This document shows, piece after piece, positions 27,666 through 44,437 of a stretch of 64,000 nucleotides of DNA. The notes under the pieces were generated by a model that saw only the letters and a list, made by a program, of their open reading frames with translations, was not told the origin of the DNA and made no database searches. The first letter of the stretch is position 1. The number at the start of each line of letters is the position of its first letter. Source of the DNA: Octopus vulgaris (Eukaryota). A program made the translations under genes and the position numbers. Location: contig OX597833.1 of the NCBI GenBank assembly GCA_951406725.2, forward strand, positions 13,392,001-13,456,000, in the 5' to 3' direction.

Positions 27666-28468
27666 GATTTCAAATTTTGGCACAGGGCCAGCAATTTCAG
27701 GGGACACGACTGGCTTCTTTTAGTTTCCGTCTGTCTAATCCACTCACAAAGATTTGGTAGTCCTGGGACTATAGCAAAATACACTTCCCCAAGGTACGAA
27801 GTAGTGGAACTGAACACAGAGACATGTGGTTGGTAAGACCACAGAACCATGTGGTCTTACCACTCAGCCACGCCTACACCCATGTCTTGCACAAAAACTC
27901 AACGCACTTTCTGGTCTGGGAATCGAAACCGCGGTATCACTAACGTAAATGAAGCGCCTTCTTCACTAGGCCACGTTGTAGATTAATAACATTCTGCAAT
28001 CTAATACAGCTAGTAATTAACCACAAATAAATCCTTTAATCTTAATTGTGCCGCCGTCGCAAGTATTATTATCGTTGTTATTGAATAACAAAACGAAACG
28101 ATATTAATTGGCGATAAAATATTTATAAAGGTTACAAAATGTCTCTCAAGCCCCGGATAAGAGAGAGCTTGTTCCAGTAAGTGATTGAACAACGCTAAAT
28201 GTTATTATAACACTTCTATAAATCCCTACAAACCTACTGTGACTGCCTTTACCGTCAGGCACTTGAGTCCATTAATGCGGAACAGTAATCAAAGCTGGGG
28301 CATTTAATTGGTTTAACATGTATCACAACAACCTATGAAGTCTGTTGTTCTGTTTCTTGTTTTTGATGTTGTTTTTCTAATGTTTTGATTTATAGCATTT
28401 GATTTCATCATAGCTCTTTATAGGCGTCGAGCGTCGTCAACAGAATTTCTAATCTCATATGTATTGTC

Positions 28469-28549
<81 letters not shown>

Positions 28550-28678
28550 CTTACCTACCTACCTAAGTACTAGGCTTAACATATTAAGTCCTGGGGTCGA
28601 TTTGTTCGTCTAAAACCCTTGAAGTAGATGCCCCATTATGACAACAGTTAAATGAAACAATTAAAAGATATATCTATG

Positions 28679-28727
<49 letters not shown>

Positions 28728-28768
28728 GGATAGATAGATAGATAGATAGATGGATAGATAGATAGATG

Positions 28769-28939
<171 letters not shown>

Positions 28940-29209
28940 CAGATAGATAGATAGATAGATAGATAGACAGATAGATAGATAGATCTTTTGCTCGTTTTTA
29001 CGCGTGATGAAGAAGCTAAGGCTATTTTTGGCCAGTGTAAAAACCGGTCCACGTGAGTCCAGACGCTTAAATGTACGTTGGGAGATTGTCTTAACCTGAT
29101 TTGCCTTAACCTGATTTCTGTAGTTATCAGTGTATTTTGGTGATTTAAATTAGAGTTTTAACTGTTATTTCCAGCAGGTTGACATACTTAGTATGTCCTT
29201 TGATTAATT

Positions 29210-29275
<66 letters not shown>

Positions 29276-29299
29276 TAAAATATATATATATATATATAT

Positions 29300-29511
29300 A
29301 TCTTTTACTCTTTTACTTGTTTCAGTCATTTGACTGCGGCCATATTGGAGCACCGCCTTTAGTCGAGAAAATCGACCCCAGGTCATATTCTTTGGAAGCC
29401 TAGTACTTATTCTATCGGTTTTATTTTGTCGATCCGCTAATTTACGGGGACGTAAACACACCAGCGTCGGTTGTCAAGCGATGTTGGGAGGACAAATACA
29501 GACAAACATAT

Positions 29512-29578
<67 letters not shown>

Positions 29579-29747
29579 TACGACGGGCTTCTTTCAGTTT
29601 CCGTCTACGAAATCCACTCATAAGGCTTTGGTCGGACCGAGGCTATAGTAGAAGACACTTTCCCAAGGTGCCACGCAGTGGGAATAAACCCGGAACCATG
29701 TGGTTGGTAAGCAAGCTACTTACCACCCACACAGCCACTCCTGCGCC
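29300..29747 (-). mobile_element. SINE family A
   Basis: Consensus match. Confidence 0.9.
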
Positions 29748-29749
29748 TA

Positions 29750-29814
<65 letters not shown>

Positions 29815-29817
<3 letters not shown>

Positions 29818-30005
29818 AGAGTTTACGAAAACAACAAAAGACGAAGACAGGTGGTGTGCAAAACAAACAGATGTATTAGTATAACGCTCACGAATAGAAA
29901 AAGTCTATTACATTTCGAGCCTACGCTCTTCTACAGAAAGGGACACAGAAAAAACAAGGAGAGAAACAAGGAGAGAAATAAAATATGTGTAGTGGCTAAC
30001 GATCT

Positions 30006-30009
<4 letters not shown>
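29815..30009 (-). mobile_element. F1 HHR element (HHR 29904-29941, core CUGUAGA, decayed stems)
   Basis: Reverse complement of 48301-48500, TA-flanked. Confidence 0.7.
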
Positions 30010-30054
<45 letters not shown>

Positions 30055-30221
30055 GGTTTGTTGCCAACTTGATGTGGCACTCCCAGGAAAGGGAAGAATG
30101 CTTTTGCTATTTAGCCCGCCCCATGAAACATCGTTTCCAGTTGGCCATGTGGCACAAGCGTTCTATGTCCTTAAGTCTTCAAACAGGGGAGATAAGCACC
30201 TCCACCTAGCAAAGCCAGCAC

Positions 30222-30262
30222 CCAACGACTAGTTTCAGAGTCATTGCTCTTCGTCAGTCTGG
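30222..30262 (-). ncRNA. Hammerhead ribozyme, core CUGACGA, GUC site, in TA-flanked element 30050-30380
   Basis: CCAGA-CTGACGA-A-GAG caatga CTC-T-GAAA-CTAG-TC-GTTGG, with one stem I mismatch. Confidence 0.7.
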
Positions 30263-30617
30263 AATAGCTTGGCTTGCAAGCTGTCGATGCTGATTCACCT
30301 TTGAAAACTTATAGAATTTTAAGTGAAATAAACTCACTAATTTTCAAAATATATAGCGAATGATTTATGTATTTATGACTTATATATATATATATAGCGA
30401 ATGTTTAGCCCCGAAAGGCTCGGAAACGGTGCGTCCACGGGAAAAACGAATTTGATTTTCGAAATCAGCGTCCCAAAGAGAATGTTGTTTGTAAATGATA
30501 ATATTAAAAAAATGTATATTTGCCAAAGAGAAATAACTGAACTTATAGACCTAAAAATCTCACACTCTCTGTCACCATTCTAGCTCCCTCTGTATATTTG
30601 CCATATTTCTCTGTCTG

Positions 30618-30652
<35 letters not shown>

Positions 30653-31181
30653 TTCTCCCTCTTCTTCTCTCTCCCTCCCTCTTTGCATATGTATTAACTC
30701 ACAAGCATTGCTCTAATTTTGCTTAAAACTACGTCTTCAAATATTTTATTTCATTTTATGACAGCTATCACGTACGAGTCTTGTTGACTGATTGAGTAAA
30801 AACAATCAAACTTTAAACTCCTGTAACATTTTTCTAGAATTTTCTTCGAATAAATAAATCACAAACTCAGATTCTGTATGAAAAAGTACATCAATATACC
30901 AAATTTGAAATTTTTCACTTGATTTAAAATCTTTTATATCTGTCACAGCAACATAAAAGATCTCTCTTACGCAATCTGTCCGTCTGTCGCTTTTATTTTT
31001 CGCTTTTCTGATGGTAAACTTTCCTCTTCTCTCTAGATATTTACCACAAAAAATATCGCACATGCTGAGTGTGTGCCTGTTTGTCAGTGGGTGTCTGTGT
31101 ATGCATATGTATAAGGAATTTTATAAGGGCGACAGAGTGATACACATACACACACACTTTTATATACATACCTATGTAAAT

Positions 31182-31253
<72 letters not shown>

Positions 31254-31349
31254 GCGCATATCAACACACAAAAATATGCACCGAGAAAGAGAGAAATTTT
31301 ACCAAGTATGGTGTACTCTAAATGTTCAAGGGGGTACTTTATCACTACT

Positions 31350-31406
<57 letters not shown>

Positions 31407-31550
31407 ATGGGGAGTGGCTTGTTAGGTATTCGCGAGCTCCTCCCTGATTCTTCTGCCGTTCCCGGCCCGCCGCACCTTCTGGCTCCCCGCTAATATCATA
31501 TCATATAGACACATATGTATATACGTCCATATATATATATATGTATATAC

Positions 31551-31610
<60 letters not shown>

Positions 31611-31657
31611 ATATATATACATACATATGTATATATACACATATATATATATATATA

Positions 31658-31709
<52 letters not shown>

Positions 31710-32145
31710 TGTATGTATATATATATATATACATACATATATATATATATGCATATATATACGACGGGCATCTTTCAGTTTCCATCTACCAAATCCAAAC
31801 GCCATGTTGTGGTCAACCCGAAGCAAGAGTAGAAAACATTTGCCTAATGTGCCACGCAGTGGGACTGAACCGCGTACCATGTGATTGGGAATTAAGGTTT
31901 TTACCACACAGCCACGCCTGCTCTTATATACACACATACATACACACACAAACACGCATACATACATACATACATACATACATACATACATACATACATA
32001 CACATACATACATGTATACATACATACATACATACATACATACATACATACATACATACATACATACATACATACACACATACATACATACATAAATACA
32101 TACATACATACATACATACATACATACATACATACATACATGTAT

Positions 32146-32176
<31 letters not shown>

Positions 32177-32373
32177 CATACATACATACGTACGTACATA
32201 CGTACAAACACACATACATACATACATACATACACACATACACACACACACTCATACATACATGCATACATACATACATACATACACACACACACATACA
32301 CGCATACATACATACATACATACATACATACATACACACATACACGCATACATACATACATACATACATACAT

Positions 32374-32406
<33 letters not shown>

Positions 32407-32886
32407 TACATACATACATACATACACACAAACACACACATACATACATACATACATACATACATACAAACATACACACACACATACATACATACATACA
32501 TACATACATACATACATACATACATACATACATACATAATATCTGTATTAATTAACGAATGCGAGACGCTTCAGATTTCCCCTGAATGTCAATGCTTATC
32601 CCTAGATGGCGGTAGCTGCGGTGGTAAATCTTATGATGTTTCTAATAGCTTAATTAAAACGTTTTCTTCTGTGATGAAGTTACATAATTCCTTAATTATT
32701 ATTTGTACAAGAAATGTTAAACATAAATACAGACATAGACATGTACGGGTGTGTTTCTGAATGTTTATAAATATATATATGCATACATACATACATACAT
32801 ACATACATACATACATACATACATACATACATACATACAGACAGACATACAGACAGACAGACAGACACACACACACACACACACAT

Positions 32887-32945
<59 letters not shown>

Positions 32946-33015
32946 TGTATGTATGTATATAAGTATAGATGTATATATACAGATACACTTATATGTAAAA
33001 ATAATTATATGTAAT

Positions 33016-33084
<69 letters not shown>

Positions 33085-33114
33085 CTACATGCATCTCGAT
33101 ATATAGACAGAGAT

Positions 33115-33187
<73 letters not shown>

Positions 33188-33189
<2 letters not shown>

Positions 33190-35571
33190 GCAATCTCCCT
33201 CTTATGTACGCAGCTTGAATCTAACCGCTTGTGCGTACTCAGCCGATAGGTGTGCACATAGCAACAGCAGTAGCAAATCAGCTGCGCGAATGCATGAGTG
33301 CAGCCAATCACAGCAAAGCTCACATATGCCACCGTTTTAGATCATATTTGTCATCTTTCCTGTCAGTTTTTTCCATGATGTCAAGCAAAGGAAAGGGGAA
33401 GCGTTTGAAAGAATCCCAGAGATTGTATCATCCGAGTAACTTCATCACAGAAGTGAGTGAAGTCATCCGGAAGATTTGGGAGAACCGGGAAGCGATCCAA
33501 AAACGTTGTACTTTCATGTCTCAGGAGACCAAAATGCAAACATTTCGAGCATCAATGGGTAGGTTTTCGGAGCTTGAAGACATGCTGCACCTGTGGATTG
33601 ATTGCCTTCGTCATGTAAACATGCCTGTCTCACCGTCATTGGCCATTGTAAAAGCAAACCAGATGGCTGTGGAATTATAGATATTGGAAGATGACTTTAA
33701 AGCATTGGGGTAGTGGTTAACCAGATTCAGAATACGTCACGGGTTACAGAAAGTTTTGCTCCATGGCAAAGGAGTAGAAGTGAACAAAGATCCAGAGTTA
33801 TTGGTTGCATTGAACGATTTACATGGTGTAGTTGAACAGTATGATACTGAAAATGTTTATAACATGGATGAAATAGAGTTATTTTTTCGGTAGCTGCTCA
33901 AATATACCCTACTTATGCAATACGAAGATGTCAGCGCCATCTGAGGAAAGAAGAACGTTAAAGAACGGATGTCACTCATTGTTTGTGCGAATGTCACAGG
34001 AACGCACTAAGTTCTTTGCGCTTTAATCGGAAAATACAAAGAGCCGGCCTGTATGAAAATAGGGAATGACCTCTGAAGTACTTTAATCGGAGCAAAGCGT
34101 GGATGGATATCAAAACGTGTTATAAATGGTTCAGCGAAGTGAAGATGAGAACGGGACGCCGTGTTCTCTTGTTCATGGACAATGCTTCGGGCCATTCTGA
34201 AGCTTTTGAACGGGATAACATCATGGTTGTATTTTCCCCACGTAATTGCACCGGCTGGAATTAACCATGTAATATGGATATCATTGCAGCACTAAAAGAT
34301 AGGTGCAAATATTTGTATATCAAGGACGTTCTTGAGTTTTCGAGCTTGATGAGGCCTCAAGAATCCACCAGAAAGAGCAAGCAAAAAGCTACGCAGAGGG
34401 GCGACGGTTGTAGCTTATGGTAATCCTGCACATTCACTCGATGCTGCTCACCGTGTGAAGCGTACATGGAATGCAGTACCAGCTGCATCAATCAAGGACG
34501 CATTCAAAAAGGATGAATTATTAAAGAAAACGAATGGATGTCCGAAATTTTGCTTAGCTTCGACTCATTCAATATTGCAATGAACAAGGACGAATCAGAG
34601 GAACAAATGCATGTCAGTGATGAAAACCATGAGGAGTGTGTACAGGCAATTTTGGAGGACAAATAGGTGTTGATGACAGGGTCGCGAACTGAAGAAATAA
34701 CTGAGGACGCCGATGACGATGGTGACCAGAGCGACACTATTGGGTCAATCGATTATGTCAGTTTCAAAGTTTCAACGGCTTCGACAACCTGGACAACACG
34801 GTGCTCAACCTTGAAGGTCGGTTGAGCAGTAGCTGCTCAAATATACCCTACTTATGCAATACGAAGATGTCAGCGCCACCTGAGGAAAGAATAACGTTAA
34901 AGAACGGATGTCACTCATTGTTTGTGTGAATGCCACCGGAATGCACAAAGTTCCTTGCGCATTAATCGGAAAATACAAAGAGCCGGCCTGTATGGAAACC
35001 GGGAATGGCCTCTGAAGTACTTTAATCAGAGCAAAGCATGAATGGATATCAAAACGTGTTATAAATGGCTCAACGAAGTGAAGATGAGAACGGGACGCCG
35101 TGTTCTCTTATCGATGGACAATGCTTCAGGCCATTTTGAAGCTTTTGAACGGGATAACATCAAGGTTGTAGTTTCCCCCAGATAATTGCACCAGCTGGAA
35201 TTAACCATGTAATATGGATATCATTGCAGCACTAAAAGAAAGGTGCCAATATTTGTTTATCAGATGTACAAGCTGCAGCAGATGATGGTTACAATGACCT
35301 GAAAAAGGTACTTCGATTGCTTTCAGAGGAAGCTAAGACGAGTGACATTGGAAGCGCAGCGCAAAAGAAGAAAAATCCTGAGTCATGATTTTGCATGATA
35401 TGTTTAAACAATAAACTCCACAAGTTATCAGGTATCTTGGCTCGTTTATTACTTATTTAGATGTTCATTAATGTTGCCTGTGGAATAAATCGTTGACAAA
35501 CTTGGATCTGGGCCACTTGAAAATTTTGTGCGTATTTATCTGAGATGCGTACTTAACCAAGAGGCTACCGT
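33188..35571 (+). mobile_element. Tigger/pogo-family DNA transposon, degenerate
   Basis: Weak terminal inverted similarity (TTATGTACGCA near 33202 versus TGCGTACTTAA near 35546) around a transposase pseudogene. Confidence 0.6.
33376..35400 (+). pseudogene. Tigger-type (CENP-B HTH + DDE_1) transposase pseudogene
   Basis: GRFSELEDMLHLWID..PVSP..IVKA, WLTRFRIRHGL..LHG, VYNMDE.ELFF, KERMSL.VCAN.TG, LLFMDNASGH. Many stops and frameshifts. 33890-34322 is duplicated at 34829-35262. Confidence 0.88.
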
Positions 35572-35600
35572 AAAAAGACAGACACACAGACAGGCAGACT

Positions 35601-35642
<42 letters not shown>

Positions 35643-35655
35643 TAGATAGATAGAT

Positions 35656-35725
<70 letters not shown>

Positions 35726-35922
35726 GAAACAGACTGATAGATAAATAGGCATACAGACAGACAGACAGACTGCTAGATGAATAGACAGACAGACGGATGG
35801 ATGGATGGATGGATGGATGGATGGATGGATGGATGGACGGACGGACGGACGGACGGACGGACGGGTAGGTAGACAGACAAACAGATAGACGGATACTCAG
35901 ACAGATACACAGATAGATAGAC

Positions 35923-36046
<124 letters not shown>

Positions 36047-36664
36047 GCATACAGATAGACTGAGAGATAGCCATACATACATAATACAGACAGACAGACA
36101 GACGGACGGACGGATAGATAGATAGATAGATAATTATACTCCCTGTTGAGAGAAAGGGATCCTGTGTCTTATAAGTCAATAAACCTTGAGTAAGAGCAAT
36201 AGTTATTGCTAAAGACCCCCTGAGTTGGTAATTAGCTAATTTGGAGGGAGCGAGTTTAAGTGCACTTTCTGCTAAATCGGGAAACACAACCACATACATA
36301 CACACATAATAAATACACACACACATACATGCATACACACGTATTCATACATACATGTATACATACATACACACATACATACACACGTATTCATACATAC
36401 ATACATACATACATACACACATACATGCATACACACGTATTCATACATACATGCATACATACATACACACATACATACACACGTATTCATACATACATGC
36501 ATGCATATATACACACATACATACATACGTTTTCATACATACATGCATACATACATATATACACACATACATACATATACACGTATTCATACATACATGC
36601 ATACATACATACGTGCGTACGTACGTACACACATACACACACGCCCACGTACACACATGCATAT

Positions 36665-36707
<43 letters not shown>

Positions 36708-36742
36708 TCGATATACACATACTCATACATATATATGCACAC

Positions 36743-36777
<35 letters not shown>

Positions 36778-37189
36778 TAATCACATATACTTTCACATAT
36801 ACACATACATACGCAGGCACACGCACATTCGCACAAGCACATACCAGCTCTCATACGCCGGATTGTCCATGTTCTGTTCATTGCAAGACGAAGGCTTCAG
36901 CACGTTCTCTCAACCATCCACGATCTGATGTGTTGGCCATGAATTTGAGCTTCAGTTTATACTGGTTTGATGAGCTTACTCTGTCTTTGCAGAGGGTTGC
37001 AATTTTAAACTCATACCCAGGAGTAATTAAGTCGACTCCATTGTTCAACTGATACGTATTTTATCGTCCCCGATGGAAGGAAGTTAAAACTGGCCTCGGC
37101 AGTATTTGAAATCAAATCGTAAGGACGGACGAAATACAGCAAAGCATTTCGTCCGGCGTGCTAACAGTTCTGCTAGTTCGGTGCCATGT

Positions 37190-37825
<636 letters not shown>

Positions 37826-38376
37826 AGGCACATTCGAAATATTAGCATCTGTAGATAGCAAAGATACCCAGGGCGGAGGAGGTAAGCTTTGGGAAAACTT
37901 GATCCCTTAAACATTCTTTGCGGTGTCTGATGAGCATAGCACTGGGAAACCTTTTGAACAGACAGTTTTCTGATTTTTTTAAATCTCTAATAAAATTTAC
38001 GTTTAGGGAAAGGACCGAAAGGGATTAATAGACTAGCGGGACCCATAAATATTTCACGGAGTTAATGGGAAACTTATTGGGTTATTTTTGAGAATTTTAT
38101 CCAAAATACTTGAAGGCGTAGCCTGCGTTGTGTCTGCATCAAAAAATAGTCGCTCATCTGCTAATAACGAAACAGCGAAGGAAATTGAAATACGATGATT
38201 ACTTAATGCATTATATATATATATATATCGGTTTTGGATTTGGTTTCAAGATTCTTTATATGAGTTCGTGTGTTGAAACATATTCAGTTGTGTCTGCGGA
38301 GAGTCATTTTCTTTTTGTGCCTTATAATGTAACACACTCACCGGTAAAATTTCCACTTATTTCTTATTTTTATTTT

Positions 38377-38416
38377 GCTAAAATTTTTGTCGTGTCTTGC
38401 AACCTTTTCAATAGTC
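38377..38416 (-). ncRNA. Decayed hammerhead, U3-A8 core (UUGAAAA), in element 38229-38465
   Basis: CTA-TTGAAAA-G-GTTG caagaca CGAC-AAAA(G12A)-ATT-T-TAG. The tail motif is shared with F2 and F4. Confidence 0.5.
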
Positions 38417-38580
38417 TTGACTCTGTCCGTTATTTACACTGCGTTCCTTTTTGTTTGTTTTTGTTATATATATAATAGAAATATCAAAATTTTGATATTT
38501 CTATTATTGAAAACAAGTGGATGTATTCCACCGAAAATAGGTAAATAGAACCTTCGAACAGAGACGATCAGTGGCGACAC

Positions 38581-38654
38581 CTGCTGAGTCGACTACGCTA
38601 CATTGACAAGGGGCAAATACCCTGAAACGCGTCTGTAGCTGTCTGACTAGCAGT
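38581..38654 (+). ncRNA. Hammerhead ribozyme variant, U3-A8 core (UUGACAA), GUC site
   Basis: GCTACA-TTGACAA-GGGG caaata CCCT-GAAA-CGCG-TC-TGTAGC (38597-38639). Stem I extends via CTGCT.AGTC/GACTAGCAG. Outer inverted repeat AGAACCTTCGAACA at 38547-38560 and 38675-38688. Confidence 0.8.
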
Positions 38655-38808
38655 GTGAAGCGGCTGACCTCCCTTGTTCGAAGGTTCTAATGGACACAGT
38701 TTGTGTGTCATATAGCTATCTTAAGGCGATGGCCTAATGGAGCTAATCAGCGACAGCTTTTAGTCTCATATCTATAAGATTGCCATATTAATATGGCGAT
38801 AACAATTA

Positions 38809-38848
<40 letters not shown>

Positions 38849-39068
38849 GCGAGGACGTGAACAATTAAAGTATTATTTGACGCTCAGGAAAGAAGGGAGG
38901 GTTCGGCAAAAGAATTGCGTCGCCGCATACCGAAGTTCAGAAATAACAGCCAAAATCTTAGCCATTTCTTCTACTTTAAAAAGGGTCTTCCAGAGAACTC
39001 AAAATACTTGAAGTTTAAACACACAGGCAGAGGGTAAAGCAAACGAAAATCAATCGATATCTGATCAT

Positions 39069-39257
39069 CCATAGACGCGCGTTTCTGAATTAGGTCTTAC
39101 GTAAAGAATATAAAAAATATATATACTTTACCAACCGTATTCTTCATCAGTGCAAACGGCCGACACCGTTATATGAATGAATTCGTTCAGATGTTCTAGT
39201 ACCTCCAGATTATAACAGAGTATCCATACTGATGAAGAATACGGTTGGTAAAGTATA
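39069..39257. ncRNA. Hammerhead motif (minus, 39069-39150) with an inverted partial copy (39224-39257)
   Basis: Minus: CTGATGA-A-GAAT..ATTC-A-GAAA-CGCGCG-TC-TATGG. The plus copy retains CCATA-CTGATGA, the stem I partner. 30-bp perfect inverted repeat at 39122-39151 and 39228-39257. Confidence 0.6.
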
Positions 39258-39744
39258 AATTCCGATGTAATCGTAATCTACATCATCTGGAACACGTATT
39301 TCTTCAAAATTTTATCTAAAAATATCCATATTTCACAAAGTTATGAGGAAACAAATTCGAAGTGTGTGAATTATCCAAAAATCCTCTCCACCCATCCCAG
39401 AGCATTTTTTACCACATATTCTGAAATAACCTTAATCTGCGTTGTCTAAAATGTATCTCTGGAAAATTTTATTAAAAAGTCACTATTTTACGTAAAATTA
39501 TAGAGAAACAAAGTCAGTAGGGGGCAGCACATATCTCTAGTTGTGCCAAAGTGAGTATAGGATTATATACATATGCAAAAGCTATTATAATAAGAGGCAA
39601 ATTAACTAAAAATTAGAACTTTTAATTAGATACAGGAACCGACGTTTAAAAAAACCAGAACCACCAATATAAATACTGTGGAGTAACTGAAACCGATAAA
39701 ACACAGCACAGAAACGAAGGAGAAAATTAAAACAGATGATTACA

Positions 39745-39915
39745 GGCGCAGGAGTAGCTGTGTGGTAAGTAGCTTGTTTACCAACCACATGGTTCCGGGT
39801 TCAGTCCCACTGCGTGGCACCTTGGGCAAGTGTCTTCTACTATAGCCTCGGGCCGACCAAAGCCTTGTGAGTGGATTTGGTAGACGGAAACTGAAAGAAT
39901 CCCGTCGTATATATG

Positions 39916-39946
<31 letters not shown>

Positions 39947-40150
39947 TTGTGTGTCTGTGTTGTCCCCCTAGCATTGCTTGACAACCGATGCTGGTGTGTT
40001 TATGTCCCCGTCACTTAGCGGTTCGGCAAAAGAGACCGATAGAATAAGTACTGGGCTTACAAAAAGAATAAGTCCCGGGGTCGAGTTGCTCGATTAAAGG
40101 CAGTGCTCCAGCATGGCCGCAGTCAAATGACTGAAACAAGTAAAAGAGTT
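39745..40150 (+). mobile_element. SINE family A
   Basis: Consensus match. Confidence 0.92.
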
Positions 40151-40504
40151 TAGAGAGAGAGGGGGGATTCAGTTTACCATAGCAACATAAACACATGGCT
40201 AGAAACGAGATAAAAGGTTTAATTAACGCCGCTCATCCCAATTATAATCTACACATTCATCAAATTAATCTGGAAGTTAATTGAATTGAAGAAGGGGTCG
40301 GGGGACATTTCTAGCCAATTACCCCCAAAATATATCTATTTACGCCGACGTTACCCCACTGATTTTAAAGGATGAAAATCATAGATTTTTTTGAATTCAA
40401 ATGGAATACTCAGCCACTTGTCTGCTAATTCAACAAGCAGGTAGTTCAGTTGAATCATCGTCGCAAGAGGCAGAGATCCATTTACACATCCACTATCACT
40501 AATA

Positions 40505-41501
<997 letters not shown>

Positions 41502-41757
41502 TCGCTAAATTCCTCACTAATCTTCTTTAGATATGTAGATACGAGGTGGAATCTAGTCGCCAATACACCCCCGCCCACCCCACCTCACCCCGGTCTCGTC
41601 GTTACTAACACGGAGAGAGAGAAGAGATGTCAGCCAGAACTGCATTTATTAGTCAACAGACTGCGATAAGAAACGAAATAAAAACATAAATAAGTAAATA
41701 AAAAAAAGCAACGATAAGATATATAAATTATGTAGCTTACTCCAGAAGTACTGCAAG

Positions 41758-41844
<87 letters not shown>

Positions 41845-41930
41845 GTATGTGTGTATATGTGTGTGTGAGTGTACGTGTGTGTGTGTATGTGTGTATATGT
41901 GTGTGTGTGTACGTGTGAGAGTGTGTGTGT

Positions 41931-41977
<47 letters not shown>

Positions 41978-42078
41978 TGTGTATGTGTGTGTGTGTGTGT
42001 GTGTGTATGTGTGTGTGTATGTATGTGTGTGTGTATGTGAGTGTGTATGTGTGAGTGTGTATGTGTGTGTGTATGTGT

Positions 42079-42129
<51 letters not shown>

Positions 42130-42365
42130 ACCCGAAAGCTTGCAATTCGCGTAACTCGAGTTATCATGACCGACAATCCCAGTTTATATAAATCCATGAA
42201 TACATCTATGGACCACGTATTAAATAATCTTTTCCTCCTTCGTTTACATATCATACCTCTTACTTCTCTCTTTCTTTGTGTGTAACTATGTATGTGTGTG
42301 TATGGTAGTGTGTGTGTATGGTAGTGTGTGTGTACATCAGTGTGAATGCATAATTGTGTGTGTGT

Positions 42366-42581
42366 GCGCAGGAGTGGCTGTGTGGTAAGTAGCTTGCTTA
42401 CCAGCCACATGGTTCCGGGTTCAGTCCCACTGCGTGGCACCTTGGGCAAGTGTCTTCTACTATAGCCTCGGGGCCGACCAAAGCCTTGTGAGTGGATTTG
42501 GTAGACGGAAACTGAAAGAAGCACGTCGTCTATATACATATATATATATATATATGTATGTATGTATGTATATATATGTAT

Positions 42582-42675
<94 letters not shown>

Positions 42676-42892
42676 GTATGTATGTATGTATGTATGTGTT
42701 TGTGTGTCTGTGTTTGTCCCCCCCCCAACATCGCTTGAGAACCGAAGCTCGTTTATTTGTCTCCGTAACTTAGCGGTTCGGTAAGATAGACCGATAGAAT
42801 AAGTACTAGGCTTACAAAGAATAAGTCCCGGGGGACAATTTGTTCGACTAAAGGCGATGCTCCAGCATGGCCGCAATCAAGTGACTGAAAAC
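42366..42892 (+). mobile_element. SINE family A
   Basis: Consensus match, ~170-bp internal microsatellite. Confidence 0.9.
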
Positions 42893-43094
42893 AAAACTCA
42901 AGGAATGAAGTAGTTAAGACCTGGACTACATACGTCTCACAACAAGCGGAACCTCAGATGTGGTAAATATCCAAGCGAGGGACATAACGCAGGCAACTCG
43001 TGAGGCCAAGGATATCTTGATTGTGCTCCCTACACATTCTGATTGAATCTCCCATGTGTTAACATCTGCTTCCTTGCGACAATGTAAACTTGCA

Positions 43095-43268
43095 TTTACT
43101 ACCTACAAGGGGCTAAACGTAGAGGAGACAAACAAGGACAGACATAGGTATTAAGTCGATTACATCGACCCCAGTGCGTAACTGGTACTTATTTAATCGA
43201 CCCCGAAAAAAAGAAAGGCAAAGTCGACCTCGGCGGAATTTGAACTCAGAACGTGGCGGCAGACGAAA
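43095..43268 (-). mobile_element. SINE family B headless unit
   Basis: Consensus match. Confidence 0.85.
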
Positions 43269-43322
43269 GAAACCGATAGAAGAATACTAAGCTTGATTAA
43301 AGAACAAGAAGAAGAGATAAAG

Positions 43323-43371
<49 letters not shown>

Positions 43372-43372
<1 letters not shown>

Positions 43373-43508
43373 TGGTTGTGTGATAAGTAGCTTGCTTACA
43401 TGGTTCCGGGTTCAGTCCCACTGCGTGGCATCTTGAATAAATGTCTTCTAAATGTCGACCAAAGTCTTGTGAGTGGATTTGGTAGACGGAAACTGAAATA
43501 AGCCCGCC

Positions 43509-43568
<60 letters not shown>

Positions 43569-43776
43569 TAGTTTATCTTTGTTGGTCCCCCTAACACCGC
43601 TTGACAACCGATGCTGGTGTGTTTACGTCCCCGTAGCCTAGTGCTTCGGCAAAAGAGGCCGATGGAATAAGTACTAGGCTCACAAAGAATAAGCCCTGTA
43701 GTCGATTAGCTCGACTAAAGGCGGTGCTCCAGCATGACCGCAGTCAAATGACTGAAACAAATAAAAGAATAAAAGA
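43372..43776 (+). mobile_element. SINE family A
   Basis: Consensus match, diverged. Confidence 0.85.
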
Positions 43777-43810
43777 ATATATGCATATATGCTCAGATGC
43801 AGCACGGAAT

Positions 43811-43861
43811 TTTGTCAATGAATAGGTCGCGGTCTCAAAGCGACGAAAATATTTTGACAAA
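43811..43861 (+). ncRNA. Hammerhead ribozyme variant, A3-U8 core (AUGAAUA), F2 family (element ~43790-43943)
   Basis: TTTGTCA-ATGAATA-G-GTCGC ggtctcaaa GCGAC-GAAA-ATAT-TT-TGACAAA: 7-bp stem I and 5-bp stem II. Confidence 0.72.
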
Positions 43862-43942
43862 TTAAACTTAAACGTTGAAGTGAATCTAACAGATTTTGTG
43901 AGTTTCTTAAATGGCTTACAAACACCTTCCACGATGCGATTG

Positions 43943-43982
<40 letters not shown>

Positions 43983-44085
43983 GTAAAGACACCATAAAGA
44001 GACTCTTTGATATATATATATACATACATACATACATACATGCAAGCATACATATGTGTGTGTTGGTGGATGTGTGTGTGTGTTG

Positions 44086-44131
<46 letters not shown>

Positions 44132-44325
44132 TCAATGAATTGAGTAATAGCTATGAGGTCAATGCAATCGACATATCGTTAAAGCATGGCTGCAGTCCAG
44201 TGGCTAGACCCATAAAAACAACAAACTATTATTTGTCATTATTAATATCATTATTATTATCATTATTATTATTATTATTATCATTATTATTATCATTATT
44301 ATTATTATTATTATTATTATTAATA

Positions 44326-44368
<43 letters not shown>

Positions 44369-44403
44369 CATTATTATTATCATTATTATTATTATTATTA
44401 ATA

Positions 44404-44437
<34 letters not shown>

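Noticed and set aside
37922-37955. CTGATGA..GAAAC hammerhead-like spacing
   Set aside because: Stem II and stem I do not pair.
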